64,000 nt of DNA from Escherichia coli (GCF_002854065.1 NZ_CP024147.1), one strand, 5' to 3'; shown: positions 15,219-29,059, counted from the stretch's first letter. Numbers and translations are program-made. Notes: generated by a model from the letters alone, not told the origin.

Positions 15219-16708
15219 TGTTGTGCCTGGCGAATCTGTGCGCCGACATCCTGTAGGCTGGCTTCAATGCGACCTAACCAGTCGCCAGGGATAAACAGAC
15301 ATTTTTGCTGTTCGCTGAATAAAGCGTGTTGCTTGCGCCAGTCGCTTTCAAGCTCTTCCAGTTGTTGTTTTATTTCACCTGGCAGACCTTCAGCCGATGA
15401 ACCGGGAAGTGCCAGCGTACTGCCTTGTAAACTTACATCGCGTACAACAAGATGTTGGGCGCTATCCACTTCTAGATTCAATTTCTGGGCAAAGCCGATA
15501 CCGTTCAGTTTGCCGCGAATTTCACCACCTTTACTCAACCACTGTTCCAGCGCGTTACGCTCAAAGGAGATATGAACCACTTCCATATCATGCAATTTTA
15601 ACGGTTTTTGCAGCAGCAGAGTCAGAGTGGAAGCAGTAACGTTAACAGGAAGTTGATACTGCTGACGACGGCTGAAAATGCCGCCCAGACGAATTACCGT
15701 TAAGGCTGTTTTATCGCTTTGTTGCTGCTGGAGTTGCAGGTGACGTTGCACAATCGCGCCCAGGCGGGTCAACATCCCTTGCTGTTGCCAGGCATGACCG
15801 GTCATCAATACATCAATTTGTTGTTGTATCAAATTCAGGCTTTGCGCGTCATACCACAGGCAATCTTTCAGCAAAATGAGATCTACCGGGGCAACAGCAC
15901 TGCGACCGCTAAAAAAGGCGCTGGCCTGCAATAAGCGGATCGCTTTTTTCCAGCGACGATCCGAGACATAAGGCGCATCCGGTAATTTATCCAGTTGCTG
16001 GCGCAGCATAAAAATCAGCTCAAATACATGATCGGGCAGCGTAATTTCACCAATCTCTTTCTGCCAGCGTTCATATTCTTCATCTGTGACCTGCAAGGCA
16101 TCAGGAACCGGATTGTCGTTTTCATCCTGTTGACTGGTCAGCATGGAGCGGAAATTCGCTTTATCCTGCACTTTATCTAACCACAGACGAATCAGCATGC
16201 GGTCATATAACGCTTCCAGACTGCTGTCTGCTTCCGGCAGCTCGTTGGAGGCCGCCACCAGCAGACGCATCGGGATTTTTTCTACGTGTGCACCGTTGCG
16301 GAACTGGCGCTCGTTAATGGCGGTGAGCAGGGTATTAAGAATTGCCGGGCCCGCTTTCCAGATCTCATCCAGAAAGACAATTTCTGCTTCCGGCAGGTAA
16401 CCGCTGGTTAAACGTTCATAGCGCCCTTCATCTTTTAGCGCCTGAATAGAAAGGGGACCAAAAACTTCTTCCGGCGTGGAGAAGCGGGTCATCAGATATT
16501 CAAACGCGCGGGCATTCTGAAAGGCGAATTTTAAGCGCCGGGCGATCAAACTTTTGGCAATACCTGGCGGGCCAAGGAGGAACACACTTTCACCACTTAA
16601 TGCCGCTAATAAACACAAGCGGATGGCGTGGCTACGTTCATAAAGCCCCTTTTCCAACGAACTGCTCAGGCGGGAAATTCTTTCCGCTAATAAATGAGGG
16701 TGAGCCAT
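15212..16708 (-). CDS. ravA: MoxR-family AAA+ ATPase RavA
   Basis: Walker A GPPGIAKS; start placed at [10 protein letters not shown] (498 aa), the ORF track extends 8 codons upstream. Confidence 0.9.
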   Translation of the reverse strand: MAHPHLLAERISRLSSSLEKGLYERSHAIRLCLLAALSGESVFLLGPPGIAKSLIARRLKFAFQNARAFEYLMTRFSTPEEVFGPLSIQALKDEGRYERLTSGYLPEAEIVFLDEIWKAGPAILNTLLTAINERQFRNGAHVEKIPMRLLVAASNELPEADSSLEALYDRMLIRLWLDKVQDKANFRSMLTSQQDENDNPVPDALQVTDEEYERWQKEIGEITLPDHVFELIFMLRQQLDKLPDAPYVSDRRWKKAIRLLQASAFFSGRSAVAPVDLILLKDCLWYDAQSLNLIQQQIDVLMTGHAWQQQGMLTRLGAIVQRHLQLQQQQSDKTALTVIRLGGIFSRRQQYQLPVNVTASTLTLLLQKPLKLHDMEVVHISFERNALEQWLSKGGEIRGKLNGIGFAQKLNLEVDSAQHLVVRDVSLQGSTLALPGSSAEGLPGEIKQQLEELESDWRKQHALFSEQQKCLFIPGDWLGRIEASLQDVGAQIRQAQQC

Positions 16709-16930
16709 AATGAAGTGGCGTCCTTTCGTCAAAAGTTCTGCGTAAATTGCGAGTATAGACGTTTCTTGCTGGTGGCTAAAATAGTCTCAAAGGGGGGGTA
16801 TTTTTCTTTGAGCCAGGTTAATGTGGCCGCATTTAGGAGTACGATTTTGCCGTTAATCGTGCATACTGTGCGCTTTTTTGTGGGCCAAGGAACTAAGCAC
16901 ACATTTCATATTTCAACGAAAGACTAGTCT

Positions 16931-18799
16931 ATGAGCACTGATAATAAGCAATCATTGCCCGCGATTACCCTCGCGGCGATTGGAGTTGTCTACGGCGATA
17001 TTGGTACCAGCCCGTTATATACACTTCGTGAATGTTTGTCCGGCCAGTTTGGTTTTGGCGTTGAACGCGATGCCGTGTTTGGCTTTTTATCGCTGATCTT
17101 CTGGCTGCTAATCTTTGTGGTTTCCATTAAATATCTCACCTTCGTGATGCGGGCAGATAACGCCGGTGAGGGGGGGATCCTGACGTTGATGTCGCTTGCC
17201 GGGCGTAATACGTCGGCGCGAACCACATCAATGCTGGTGATTATGGGGCTAATCGGCGGCAGCTTTTTCTATGGTGAAGTCGTCATAACACCCGCTATTT
17301 CGGTGATGTCAGCCATTGAAGGTCTGGAAATCGTCGCCCCGCAGCTGGATACCTGGATAGTTCCCCTCTCAATTATCGTTCTCACTTTATTATTTATGAT
17401 TCAAAAGCATGGCACGGCTATGGTCGGTAAGATGTTTGCGCCGATCATGCTGACCTGGTTTTTGATTCTGGCAGGACTGGGGTTACGTAGCATTATTGCT
17501 AACCCGGAAGTGCTGCATGCGCTGAATCCGATGTGGGCGGTGCATTTCTTCCTTGAATACAAAACGGTTTCTTTTATTGCATTAGGGGCAGTGGTGCTGT
17601 CGATTACGGGGGTCGAGGCGCTGTATGCTGATATGGGACACTTTGGTAAGTTCCCTATTCGTCTGGCGTGGTTCACTGTCGTATTACCTTCCTTAACTCT
17701 TAATTACTTCGGCCAGGGAGCGCTGTTGTTAAAGAACCCGGAAGCGATTAAGAACCCGTTCTTCCTTTTGGCACCGGACTGGGCGCTGATCCCGCTGCTG
17801 ATCATCGCCGCACTGGCGACGGTAATCGCCTCGCAGGCGGTTATCTCTGGCGTCTTTTCATTGACGCGTCAGGCGGTACGTCTGGGATATTTGTCGCCGA
17901 TGCGCATTATTCACACCTCCGAAATGGAGTCAGGGCAAATCTATATTCCGTTTGTGAACTGGATGCTCTATGTCGCGGTCGTGATTGTGATTGTCAGCTT
18001 TGAGCACTCCAGCAACCTGGCGGCGGCGTACGGGATTGCGGTGACCGGAACCATGGTGCTGACGTCTATTCTCTCGACTACCGTGGCACGTCAGAACTGG
18101 CACTGGAATAAGTATTTTGTTGCGCTGATCCTGATTGCTTTCCTTTGTGTCGATATTCCATTGTTCACCGCTAACCTCGATAAACTGCTCTCCGGCGGCT
18201 GGTTGCCATTGAGCCTCGGTACTGTGATGTTTATCGTGATGACCACCTGGAAGAGCGAGCGTTTCCGCTTGCTGCGGCGGATGCATGAACATGGTAACTC
18301 TCTGGAAGCGATGATTGCTTCGCTGGAGAAATCACCGCCTGTTCGCGTGCCCGGGACCGCGGTGTATATGTCGCGTGCAATCAACGTCATTCCCTTTGCG
18401 CTGATGCATAACCTTAAACATAACAAGGTATTGCATGAGCGGGTGATTCTGTTAACTCTGCGCACCGAAGACGCGCCATATGTCCATAACGTCCGTCGGG
18501 TACAGATTGAACAACTGTCGCCCACTTTCTGGCGCGTGGTGGCAAGTTATGGTTGGCGAGAAACGCCAAACGTGGAAGAAGTTTTCCACCGCTGCGGTCT
18601 GGAAGGATTAAGTTGCCGGATGATGGAAACCTCCTTCTTTATGTCGCATGAGTCGTTGATCCTCGGCAAACGCCCGTGGTATTTGCGTCTGCGCGGCAAG
18701 CTGTACTTGCTGCTGCAACGTAATGCGCTGCGTGCACCAGATCAATTTGAAATCCCGCCAAACAGGGTTATCGAACTGGGTACTCAGGTCGAAATCTAA
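16931..18799 (+). CDS. kup: Low-affinity K+ uptake transporter Kup (TrkD)
   Basis: 622-aa polytopic membrane ORF ([34 protein letters not shown]...). Confidence 0.95.
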   Translation: MSTDNKQSLPAITLAAIGVVYGDIGTSPLYTLRECLSGQFGFGVERDAVFGFLSLIFWLLIFVVSIKYLTFVMRADNAGEGGILTLMSLAGRNTSARTTSMLVIMGLIGGSFFYGEVVITPAISVMSAIEGLEIVAPQLDTWIVPLSIIVLTLLFMIQKHGTAMVGKMFAPIMLTWFLILAGLGLRSIIANPEVLHALNPMWAVHFFLEYKTVSFIALGAVVLSITGVEALYADMGHFGKFPIRLAWFTVVLPSLTLNYFGQGALLLKNPEAIKNPFFLLAPDWALIPLLIIAALATVIASQAVISGVFSLTRQAVRLGYLSPMRIIHTSEMESGQIYIPFVNWMLYVAVVIVIVSFEHSSNLAAAYGIAVTGTMVLTSILSTTVARQNWHWNKYFVALILIAFLCVDIPLFTANLDKLLSGGWLPLSLGTVMFIVMTTWKSERFRLLRRMHEHGNSLEAMIASLEKSPPVRVPGTAVYMSRAINVIPFALMHNLKHNKVLHERVILLTLRTEDAPYVHNVRRVQIEQLSPTFWRVVASYGWRETPNVEEVFHRCGLEGLSCRMMETSFFMSHESLILGKRPWYLRLRGKLYLLLQRNALRAPDQFEIPPNRVIELGTQVEI

Positions 18800-18804
18800 C
18801 GCCA

Positions 18805-18840
18805 GACGCCTCCTTTCTTCATAAGGGGGCGTTTTTGTTT
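18805..18840 (+). terminator. Probable intrinsic terminator after kup
   Basis: Imperfect hairpin (acgcctcc...gggggcgt) followed by TTTTTGTTTT immediately after the kup stop. Confidence 0.45.
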
Positions 18841-18934
18841 TCATGGTTAATCACCATGTAAAACGTTTCGAGGTTGATCACATTTCCGTAACGTCACGAT
18901 GGTTTTCCCAACTCAGTCAGGATTAAACTGCGGG

Positions 18935-18954
18935 TCAGCGAAACGTTTCGCTGA
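18935..18954. promoter_or_regulatory. RbsR (LacI-family) operator: perfect 20-bp palindrome TCAGCGAAACGTTTCGCTGA
   Basis: Perfect inverted repeat ending 11 bp before the rbsD ATG; the core AAACGTTTCG also occurs at 18861-18870. Confidence 0.8.
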
Positions 18955-18965
18955 TGGAGAAAAAA

Positions 18966-19385
18966 ATGAAAAAAGGCACCGTTCTTAATTCTGATATTTC
19001 ATCGGTGATCTCCCGTCTGGGACATACCGATACGCTGGTGGTGTGTGATGCTGGTTTACCCATCCCCAAAAGTACAACGCGTATCGATATGGCATTAACC
19101 CAGGGTGTACCTTCTTTTATGCAGGTGCTGGACGTCGTCACAAATGAAATGCAGGTCGAGGCTGCCATTATCGCGGAAGAGATCAAACAACATAATCCGC
19201 AACTCCACGAAACGTTGCTCACTCACCTTGAGCAGCTGCAAAAACACCAGGGAAATACCATTGAAATTCGTTACACCACGCATGAACAATTCAAACAACA
19301 AACCGCAGAAAGTCAGGCGGTAATTCGCAGCGGAGAATGTTCTCCGTATGCGAATATCATTCTCTGTGCTGGCGTGACGTTCTGA
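18966..19385 (+). CDS. rbsD: D-ribose pyranase
   Basis: Start placed at [14 protein letters not shown] (139 aa); first gene of the rbs operon. Confidence 0.9.
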
Positions 19386-19392
19386 GGCCGTC

Positions 19393-20898
19393 ATGGAAGC
19401 ATTACTTCAGCTTAAAGGCATCGATAAAGCCTTCCCGGGCGTAAAAGCCCTCTCGGGCGCTGCGTTAAATGTCTATCCGGGCCGCGTGATGGCGCTGGTG
19501 GGCGAAAACGGCGCGGGTAAATCCACCATGATGAAAGTGCTTACTGGTATCTATACTCGCGATGCCGGTACGCTTTTATGGCTGGGGAAAGAAACGACAT
19601 TTACCGGGCCGAAATCTTCCCAGGAAGCCGGGATTGGGATTATCCATCAAGAACTGAACCTGATCCCGCAGTTAACCATTGCCGAAAACATTTTCCTCGG
19701 TCGTGAGTTTGTTAATCGCTTTGGCAAAATTGACTGGAAAACCATGTATGCCGAAGCGGATAAATTGCTGGCTAAACTTAACCTGCGCTTTAAAAGCGAC
19801 AAGCTGGTGGGCGATCTTTCCATCGGTGACCAGCAAATGGTTGAAATAGCCAAAGTGCTGAGCTTTGAGTCGAAAGTCATCATTATGGATGAACCGACCG
19901 ATGCGCTGACCGATACCGAAACCGAATCCCTGTTCCGCGTCATCCGCGAACTAAAATCGCAAGGCCGCGGCATTGTCTATATCTCCCACCGTATGAAAGA
20001 AATCTTCGAGATTTGCGATGACGTTACCGTTTTTCGTGACGGACAATTTATTGCTGAGCGCGAAGTGGCATCACTGACCGAAGATTCGCTGATTGAGATG
20101 ATGGTGGGTCGCAAGCTGGAAGATCAATATCCGCACCTGGACAAAGCGCCGGGAGATATCCGCCTGAAAGTCGATAATCTCTGCGGACCTGGCGTTAACG
20201 ATGTCTCTTTTACTTTACGCAAAGGCGAAATTCTTGGCGTCTCTGGTTTGATGGGCGCAGGTCGTACCGAACTGATGAAAGTGCTCTACGGTGCACTACC
20301 GCGCACCAGCGGTTACGTCACCCTGGATGGGCATGAAGTCGTTACCCGTTCACCGCAGGATGGCCTGGCAAACGGCATTGTGTATATCTCCGAAGACCGT
20401 AAACGTGACGGTTTAGTGTTGGGCATGTCAGTAAAAGAGAACATGTCGCTGACCGCGCTGCGCTACTTCAGCCGCGCTGGCGGCAGTTTGAAGCATGCCG
20501 ATGAACAGCAGGCAGTGAGTGATTTTATTCGCCTGTTCAATGTGAAAACGCCGTCGATGGAACAGGCAATTGGTCTGCTTTCCGGTGGCAATCAGCAAAA
20601 AGTGGCGATTGCCCGCGGTCTGATGACACGGCCCAAAGTATTGATCCTTGATGAGCCTACCCGTGGCGTAGATGTCGGCGCGAAAAAAGAGATCTATCAA
20701 CTGATTAACCAGTTCAAAGCCGATGGCTTGAGCATCATTCTGGTGTCATCGGAGATGCCAGAAGTATTAGGCATGAGCGATCGCATCATCGTCATGCATG
20801 AAGGGCATCTCAGCGGGGAATTTACTCGTGAGCAGGCCACCCAGGAAGTGTTAATGGCTGCCGCTGTGGGCAAGCTTAATCGCGTGAATCAGGAGTAA
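19393..20898 (+). CDS. rbsA: Ribose ABC transporter ATP-binding protein (duplicated ABC domains)
   Basis: 501-aa ORF with two Walker A motifs (GENGAGKST and GLMGAGRTE). Confidence 0.95.
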
Positions 20899-20902
20899 AA
20901 AA

Positions 20903-21868
20903 ATGACAACCCAGACTGTCTCTGGTCGCCGTTATTTCACGAAAGCGTGGCTGATGGAGCAGAAATCGCTTATCGCTCTGCTGGTGCTGATCGCGATTGT
21001 CTCGACGTTAAGTCCGAACTTTTTCACCATCAATAACTTATTCAATATTCTCCAGCAAACTTCGGTGAACGCCATTATGGCGGTCGGGATGACGCTGGTG
21101 ATCCTGACGTCGGGCATCGACTTGTCGGTAGGTTCTCTGTTGGCGCTAACCGGCGCAGTTGCTGCATCTATCGTCGGCATTGAAGTCAATGCGCTGGTGG
21201 CTGTCGCTGCTGCTCTCGCGTTAGGTGCCGCAATTGGTGCGGTAACCGGGGTGATTGTAGCGAAAGGTCGCGTCCAGGCGTTTATCGCTACGCTGGTTAT
21301 GATGCTTTTACTGCGCGGCGTGACCATGGTTTATACCAACGGTAGCCCAGTGAATACCGGCTTTACTGAGAACGCCGATCTGTTTGGCTGGTTTGGTATT
21401 GGTCGTCCGCTGGGCGTACCGACGCCAGTCTGGATCATGGGGATTGTCTTCCTCGCGGCCTGGTACATGCTGCATCACACGCGTCTGGGGCGTTACATCT
21501 ACGCGCTGGGCGGCAACGAAGCGGCAACGCGTCTTTCTGGTATCAACGTCAATAAAATCAAAATCATCGTCTATTCTCTTTGTGGTCTGCTGGCATCGCT
21601 GGCCGGGATTATTGAAGTGGCGCGTCTCTCCTCCGCACAACCCACGGCGGGGACTGGCTATGAGCTGGATGCTATTGCTGCGGTGGTTCTGGGCGGTACG
21701 AGTCTGGCGGGCGGAAAAGGTCGCATTGTTGGGACGTTGATCGGCGCATTAATTCTTGGCTTCCTTAATAATGGATTGAATTTGTTAGGTGTTTCCTCCT
21801 ATTACCAGATGATCGTCAAAGCGGTGGTGATTTTGCTGGCGGTGCTGGTAGACAACAAAAAGCAGTAA
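20903..21868 (+). CDS. rbsC: Ribose ABC transporter permease
   Basis: 321-aa polytopic membrane ORF between rbsA and rbsB. Confidence 0.95.
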   Translation: MTTQTVSGRRYFTKAWLMEQKSLIALLVLIAIVSTLSPNFFTINNLFNILQQTSVNAIMAVGMTLVILTSGIDLSVGSLLALTGAVAASIVGIEVNALVAVAAALALGAAIGAVTGVIVAKGRVQAFIATLVMMLLLRGVTMVYTNGSPVNTGFTENADLFGWFGIGRPLGVPTPVWIMGIVFLAAWYMLHHTRLGRYIYALGGNEAATRLSGINVNKIKIIVYSLCGLLASLAGIIEVARLSSAQPTAGTGYELDAIAAVVLGGTSLAGGKGRIVGTLIGALILGFLNNGLNLLGVSSYYQMIVKAVVILLAVLVDNKKQ

Positions 21869-21892
21869 TAACGACTACAGGACATCTTGAAT

Positions 21893-22783
21893 ATGAACAT
21901 GAAAAAACTGGCTACCCTGGTTTCCGCTGTTGCGCTAAGCGCCACCGTCAGTGCGAATGCGATGGCAAAAGACACCATCGCGCTGGTGGTCTCCACGCTT
22001 AACAACCCGTTCTTTGTATCGCTGAAAGATGGCGCGCAGAAAGAGGCGGATAAACTTGGCTATAACCTGGTGGTGCTGGACTCCCAGAACAACCCGGCGA
22101 AAGAGCTGGCGAACGTGCAGGACTTAACCGTTCGCGGCACCAAAATTCTGCTGATTAACCCGACCGACTCCGACGCAGTAGGTAATGCTGTGAAGATGGC
22201 TAACCAGGCGAACATCCCGGTTATCACTCTTGACCGCCAGGCAACGAAAGGTGAAGTGGTGAGCCATATTGCATCTGATAACGTACTGGGCGGCAAAATC
22301 GCCGGTGATTACATCGCGAAGAAAGCGGGTGAAGGTGCCAAAGTTATCGAGCTGCAAGGCATTGCTGGTACATCCGCAGCCCGTGAACGTGGCGAAGGCT
22401 TCCAGCAGGCCGTTGCTGCTCACAAGTTTAATGTTCTTGCCAGCCAGCCAGCAGATTTTGATCGCACCAAAGGTTTGAACGTAATGCAGAACCTGTTGAC
22501 CGCTCATCCGGATGTTCAGGCTGTATTTGCGCAGAATGATGAAATGGCGCTGGGCGCGCTGCGCGCACTGCAAACTGCCGGTAAATCGGATGTGATGGTC
22601 GTCGGATTTGACGGTACACCGGATGGCGAAAAAGCGGTGAATGATGGCAAACTAGCAGCGACTATCGCTCAGCTACCCGATCAGATTGGCGCGAAAGGCG
22701 TTGAAACCGCAGATAAAGTGCTGAAAGGCGAGAAAGTTCAGGCTAAGTATCCGGTTGATCTGAAACTGGTTGTTAAGCAGTAG
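21893..22783 (+). CDS. rbsB: Ribose-binding periplasmic protein
   Basis: Signal peptide [23 protein letters not shown]; start placed at first ATG (296 aa), the ORF track starts at an upstream TTG. Confidence 0.93.
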   Translation: MNMKKLATLVSAVALSATVSANAMAKDTIALVVSTLNNPFFVSLKDGAQKEADKLGYNLVVLDSQNNPAKELANVQDLTVRGTKILLINPTDSDAVGNAVKMANQANIPVITLDRQATKGEVVSHIASDNVLGGKIAGDYIAKKAGEGAKVIELQGIAGTSAARERGEGFQQAVAAHKFNVLASQPADFDRTKGLNVMQNLLTAHPDVQAVFAQNDEMALGALRALQTAGKSDVMVVGFDGTPDGEKAVNDGKLAATIAQLPDQIGAKGVETADKVLKGEKVQAKYPVDLKLVVKQ

Positions 22784-22918
22784 TCTTAAATCAGGCATTA
22801 TGACCTGATGGTGACATCAATGCGTCATCAACAGAGATTGTGGATGTACGCGTAATATAAAGAAAAGCAGGGCACGCGCCACCCTAACCCGGTGGCGCAT
22901 TTTATGGACATCCCGAAT

Positions 22919-23848
22919 ATGCAAAACGCAGGCAGCCTCGTTGTTCTTGGCAGCATTAATGCTGACCATATCCTTAATCTTCACTCTTTTCCTACTCCAG
23001 GCGAAACCGTAACCGGTAACCACTATCAAGTCGCATTTGGCGGCAAAGGCGCAAATCAGGCAGTGGCAGCAGGACGTAGCGGCGCGAATATCGCGTTTAT
23101 TGCCTGCACTGGCGATGACAGTATTGGCGAGAGTGTTCGCCAGCAGCTCGCCACTGATAACATCGATATTTCTCCGGTCAGCGTGATCAAAGGCGAATCA
23201 ACAGGTGTAGCGCTGATTTTTGTTAATGGTGAAGGCGAGAATGTCATTGGTATTCATGCTGGCGCGAATGCAGCCCTTTCCCCTGCGCTGGTGGACGCGC
23301 AACGTGAGCGTATTGCTAACGCATCAGCATTATTAATGCAGTTGGAATCACCACTCGAAAGTGTGATGGCAGCGGCGAAAATCGCCCATCAAAATAAGAC
23401 TATCGTTGCGCTTAATCCGGCTCCGGCTCGCGAACTTCCTGACGAACTGCTGGCACTGGTGGACATTATTACGCCAAACGAAACGGAAGCAGAAAAGCTC
23501 ACCGGTATTCGTGTTGAAAATGATGAAGATGCAGCGAAGGCGGCGCAGGTGCTACATGAGAAAGGTATCCGTACTGTACTGATTACTTTAGGAAGTCGTG
23601 GTGTATGGGCTAGCGTGAATGGCGAAGGTCAGCGTGTTCCTGGATTCCGGGTGCAGGCTGTCGATACCATTGCAGCCGGAGATACCTTTAACGGCGCGTT
23701 AATCACGGCGTTGCTGGAAGAAAAACCGTTGCCAGAGGCTATTCGTTTTGCTCATGCCGCCGCTGCGATTGCCGTAACGCGTAAAGGCGCACAACCTTCC
23801 GTACCGTGGCGTGAAGAGATCGACGCATTTTTAGACAGACAGAGGTGA
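22919..23848 (+). CDS. rbsK: Ribokinase
   Basis: PfkB-family sugar kinase motifs (GGKGANQA, DTIAAGDTFNGA); start placed at MQNAGSLVVLG (309 aa). Confidence 0.93.
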   Translation: MQNAGSLVVLGSINADHILNLHSFPTPGETVTGNHYQVAFGGKGANQAVAAGRSGANIAFIACTGDDSIGESVRQQLATDNIDISPVSVIKGESTGVALIFVNGEGENVIGIHAGANAALSPALVDAQRERIANASALLMQLESPLESVMAAAKIAHQNKTIVALNPAPARELPDELLALVDIITPNETEAEKLTGIRVENDEDAAKAAQVLHEKGIRTVLITLGSRGVWASVNGEGQRVPGFRVQAVDTIAAGDTFNGALITALLEEKPLPEAIRFAHAAAAIAVTRKGAQPSVPWREEIDAFLDRQR

Positions 23849-23851
23849 CGC

Positions 23852-24844
23852 TTGGCTACAATGAAAGATGTTGCCCGCCTGGCGGGCGTTTCTACCTCAA
23901 CAGTTTCTCACGTTATCAATAAAGATCGCTTCGTCAGTGAAGCGATTACCGCCAAAGTTGAAGCGGCGATTAAAGAACTCAATTACGCGCCATCAGCTCT
24001 GGCGCGTAGCCTCAAACTCAATCAAACACATACCATTGGCATGTTGATCACTGCCAGTACTAATCCTTTCTATTCAGAACTGGTGCGCGGCGTTGAACGC
24101 AGCTGCTTCGAACGCGGTTATAGTCTTGTCCTTTGCAATACCGAAGGCGATGAACAGCGGATGAATCGCAATCTGGAAACGCTGATGCAAAAACGCGTTG
24201 ATGGCTTGCTGTTACTGTGCACCGAAACGCATCAGCCTTCGCGTGAAATCATGCAGCGTTATCCGACAGTGCCTACCGTGATGATGGACTGGGCTCCGTT
24301 CGATGGCGACAGCGATCTTATTCAGGATAACTCGTTGCTGGGCGGAGACTTAGCAACGCAATATCTGATCGATAAAGGTCATACCCGTATCGCCTGTATT
24401 ACCGGCCCGCTGGATAAAACTCCGGCGCGCCTGCGGTTGGAAGGTTATCGGGCGGCGATGAAACGTGCGGGTCTCAACATTCCTGATGGCTATGAAGTCA
24501 CTGGTGATTTTGAATTTAACGGCGGGTTTGACGCTATGCGCCAACTGCTATCACATCCGCTGCGTCCTCAGGCCGTCTTTACCGGAAATGACGCTATGGC
24601 TGTTGGCGTTTACCAGGCGTTATATCAGGCAGAGTTACAGGTTCCGCAGGATATCGCGGTGATTGGCTATGACGATATCGAACTGGCAAGCTTTATGACG
24701 CCACCATTAACCACTATCCATCAACCAAAAGATGAACTGGGGGAGCTGGCGATTGATGTACTCATCCATCGGATAATCCAGCCGACCCTTCAGCAACAAC
24801 GATTACAACTTACTCCGATTCTGATGGAACGTGGTTCGGCTTAG
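23852..24844 (+). CDS. rbsR: LacI-family ribose operon repressor
   Basis: 330-aa ORF with N-terminal HTH ([24 protein letters not shown]) and periplasmic-binding-protein-like domain. Confidence 0.95.
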   Translation: MATMKDVARLAGVSTSTVSHVINKDRFVSEAITAKVEAAIKELNYAPSALARSLKLNQTHTIGMLITASTNPFYSELVRGVERSCFERGYSLVLCNTEGDEQRMNRNLETLMQKRVDGLLLLCTETHQPSREIMQRYPTVPTVMMDWAPFDGDSDLIQDNSLLGGDLATQYLIDKGHTRIACITGPLDKTPARLRLEGYRAAMKRAGLNIPDGYEVTGDFEFNGGFDAMRQLLSHPLRPQAVFTGNDAMAVGVYQALYQAELQVPQDIAVIGYDDIELASFMTPPLTTIHQPKDELGELAIDVLIHRIIQPTLQQQRLQLTPILMERGSA

Positions 24845-26237
24845 ATTTACGCTGTCTTTTGATCAAATTATTACCATCGGTTGTTTTCAGAAGCATGAAC
24901 ATTGCTGCTGAAGCAACAGTAATAATGCCCATTGTGATAAACGTATAGTGGAATTGTTCGACAGTCGTTGTGCCTTCCATTCCTTCATAAACGCGAAGGA
25001 CGGCCGCACTTACAGCTACGCCTAAACTGATAGACAGTTGCTGCGTGACCGCCAGAACACTGTTACCGCTGCTGGCGTTGTCATCGGTCAGATCGGCAAG
25101 TGTGATGGTATTCATCGCGGTAAACTGCGTCGACATAGCCATCCCTAATATAAACAACGGCAAGATCAGCATCCATATTGCCATTGCCGGTGATTGCAAA
25201 GAGAACTGAGCGATCATTAGCCCAATAATCACCGTGATCCCCACTAATGTATGGCGATAGCCCAGACGACGTAAGACTTGGGTAACCATCGATTTTGCAA
25301 TAATGGAACCTAACGCTGTCGGTGCCATCATACAGCCGGCAATAAACGCCTGATAACCAAATCCTACCTGTAACATCAATGGCATAAGGAACGGTACACA
25401 GCCGGTCCCCAGACGGGTTGCAATATTGCCTACGATACCTATCGAGAAAGTGCGGGTTTTAAATAAATCTAATGAAATTAATGGGTTTGGCGTGCGTCGT
25501 GCATGGAGAATATAGAGAAGCAGTAACCCGATGCTGGTGACAATTACCGTCAAGGCAATCCAGCTGGCGACAATCTTTTCCCCGAATAGCTCTATTCCGC
25601 TTGAGAAGAGAACAAGGCTGAGGCCAAACAGCAAAAAGCCAGTGATATCGAATCTGCGTCGTGCGGTGGTGAAATTGGGCATATGTTTGCGCGCGTAAAG
25701 AAGGCCCGCAATACCTATGGGGATATTGATTAAAAATATCCAGTGCCAGGTTGCCCAGGTGACCAGCACGCCGCCAAGAACGGGGCCTAAAATTGGCCCC
25801 ACCAGACCCGGCATGGCGACAAAATTCAATACTGGAAGAAGTTCATTACGAGGATAAGCGCGCAGTAAGGCCAGCCGAGCAACAGGCATCATCATTGCGC
25901 CGCCTATCCCCTGAATAACCCGGAAGACAACCAGCTGTGGTAGCGAATTAGAAAGTGCGCAGGCCAGAGAACCCAATGTGAACAGACTCACGGCAAGGGT
26001 AAAAATGCGACGCGTACCGAAGCGATCGGCTAGCCATCCGCTTACCGGAATAAGCATCGCCACCGTCAGCGTATAACTGATGATGGCTGATTGCATCGCG
26101 AGAGGAGAACGATTAAGGCTATGAGCGATTGCGGGTAAGGCGGTATTCAGAATAGTGGCATCAAGTGCCTGCATGAAGAAGGCCATCGCCGCGATCCACG
26201 GCAAACCCGCCATACTGCGCTTCTTTTTATCGCTCAT
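24810..26237 (-). CDS. hsrA: MFS-family efflux transporter HsrA (YieO)
   Basis: 475-aa polytopic membrane ORF; 3' end overlaps the rbsR 3' end by 35 bp (convergent). Confidence 0.85.
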   Translation of the reverse strand: MSDKKKRSMAGLPWIAAMAFFMQALDATILNTALPAIAHSLNRSPLAMQSAIISYTLTVAMLIPVSGWLADRFGTRRIFTLAVSLFTLGSLACALSNSLPQLVVFRVIQGIGGAMMMPVARLALLRAYPRNELLPVLNFVAMPGLVGPILGPVLGGVLVTWATWHWIFLINIPIGIAGLLYARKHMPNFTTARRRFDITGFLLFGLSLVLFSSGIELFGEKIVASWIALTVIVTSIGLLLLYILHARRTPNPLISLDLFKTRTFSIGIVGNIATRLGTGCVPFLMPLMLQVGFGYQAFIAGCMMAPTALGSIIAKSMVTQVLRRLGYRHTLVGITVIIGLMIAQFSLQSPAMAIWMLILPLFILGMAMSTQFTAMNTITLADLTDDNASSGNSVLAVTQQLSISLGVAVSAAVLRVYEGMEGTTTVEQFHYTFITMGIITVASAAMFMLLKTTDGNNLIKRQRKSKPNHVPSESE

Positions 26238-26259
26238 TCAATGTCCTGTTATCGGGTTA

Positions 26260-26952
26260 TCACTTATCAGGTGAGCGTAGCAGCGCCTGACAAGCTTTAA
26301 ATGCCGCGTCGCCATCGCTTTGGATAATCGCATCGACAATCGCCTGATGCAGATCCAGCTTTATCACTGTGTCGCTGGTAATTGACGTGAAGTAAGTGTG
26401 ATAAACCGAATGGAATAGCGAGGCGAATGAGGTCAAAAACGGATTGGCGCTCATTTCATAGATATGCTCATGCCAGGCCATATCGACTTCGATCCAGCGT
26501 TCACGGCGAAAGTTCTCTTTTAATGCCGCCATTTCGGCCATTAACGTATTGAGATGCGCTTTCTGTTCCGCGGTGCCAACCGTTGCTGCCAGTAGGCAAG
26601 CTTGTGGCTCCAGACAGATACGCATAACCAGAAAGTGATTGATGACCTGATGAAAGTTCTCTTCTGTCATCCACCAGGTAAGCAATTCCTGATCAAGAAA
26701 ATTCCAGTTCGATTGTGGCATGACCCGGGTACCAATTCGTGGTCGCGGTAAAACCATCCCTTTTGCCGTTAACGTTTTGACCGCTTCGCGTACCGCTGTA
26801 CGACTCACTCCAAATTGCTCGCCCAGCTCAATCTCACCAGGCAAAATGGTGCCGGGTTCATATTCACCTTTTAAGATCCGTTGCGCCAGCTTCTCAGCCA
26901 GAACATACGAAAGGTTTTTCTGTGCAGCTAACTGTTGTGCGCTTAAAGGCAT
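26260..26952 (-). CDS. yieP: GntR/FadR-family transcriptional regulator YieP
   Basis: 230-aa ORF with N-terminal winged HTH (GEQFGVSRTAVREAVKTL) and FCD-type C-terminal domain. Confidence 0.85.
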   Translation of the reverse strand: MPLSAQQLAAQKNLSYVLAEKLAQRILKGEYEPGTILPGEIELGEQFGVSRTAVREAVKTLTAKGMVLPRPRIGTRVMPQSNWNFLDQELLTWWMTEENFHQVINHFLVMRICLEPQACLLAATVGTAEQKAHLNTLMAEMAALKENFRRERWIEVDMAWHEHIYEMSANPFLTSFASLFHSVYHTYFTSITSDTVIKLDLHQAIVDAIIQSDGDAAFKACQALLRSPDK

Positions 26953-27080
26953 TACTTATCTTCCTTTTTCTTTTTATTGCTCCTTAGTATGCCACCAGGA
27001 AGTGTGATTACGGTTGCAAAAACGGCAAATTGCTTGTTTTATGGCACATTAACGGGGCTTTTGCTGAAAAAATGCGCGGT

Positions 27081-27132
27081 CAGAAAATTATTTTAAATTT
27101 CCTCTTGTCAGGCCGGAATAACTCCCTATAAT
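27081..27132 (+). promoter_or_regulatory. rrn P1 promoter with UP element
   Basis: AT-rich UP element AGAAAATTATTTTAAATTTCCT, -35 TTGTCA (27105-27110), 16-bp spacer, -10 TATAAT (27127-27132). Confidence 0.85.
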
Positions 27133-27223
27133 GCGCCACCACTGACACGGAACAACGGCAAACACGCCGCCGGGTCAGCGGGGTTCTCCTGAGAATTCCG
27201 GCAGAGAAAGCAAAAATAAATGC

Positions 27224-27251
27224 TTGACTCTGTAGCGGGAAAGCGTATTAT
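27224..27251 (+). promoter_or_regulatory. rrn P2 promoter
   Basis: -35 TTGACT, 16-bp spacer, -10 TATTAT; boxA-like antitermination sequence GCTCTTTAACAA follows at 27290-27301. Confidence 0.8.
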
Positions 27252-27432
27252 GCACACCCCGCGCCGCTGAGAAAAAGCGAAGCGGCACTGCTCTTTAACA
27301 ATTTATCAGACAATCTGTGTGGGCACTCGAAGATACGGATTCTTAACGTCGCAAGACGAAAAATGAATACCAAGTCTCAAGAGTGAACACGTAATTCATT
27401 ACGAAGTTTAATTCTTTGAGCATCAAACTTTT

Positions 27433-28974
<1,542 letters not shown>

Positions 28975-29059
28975 CCTTAAAGAAGCGTTCTTTGCAGTGC
29001 TCACACAGATTGTCTGATAGAAAGTGAAAAGCAAGGCGTCTTGCGAAGCAGACTGATAC

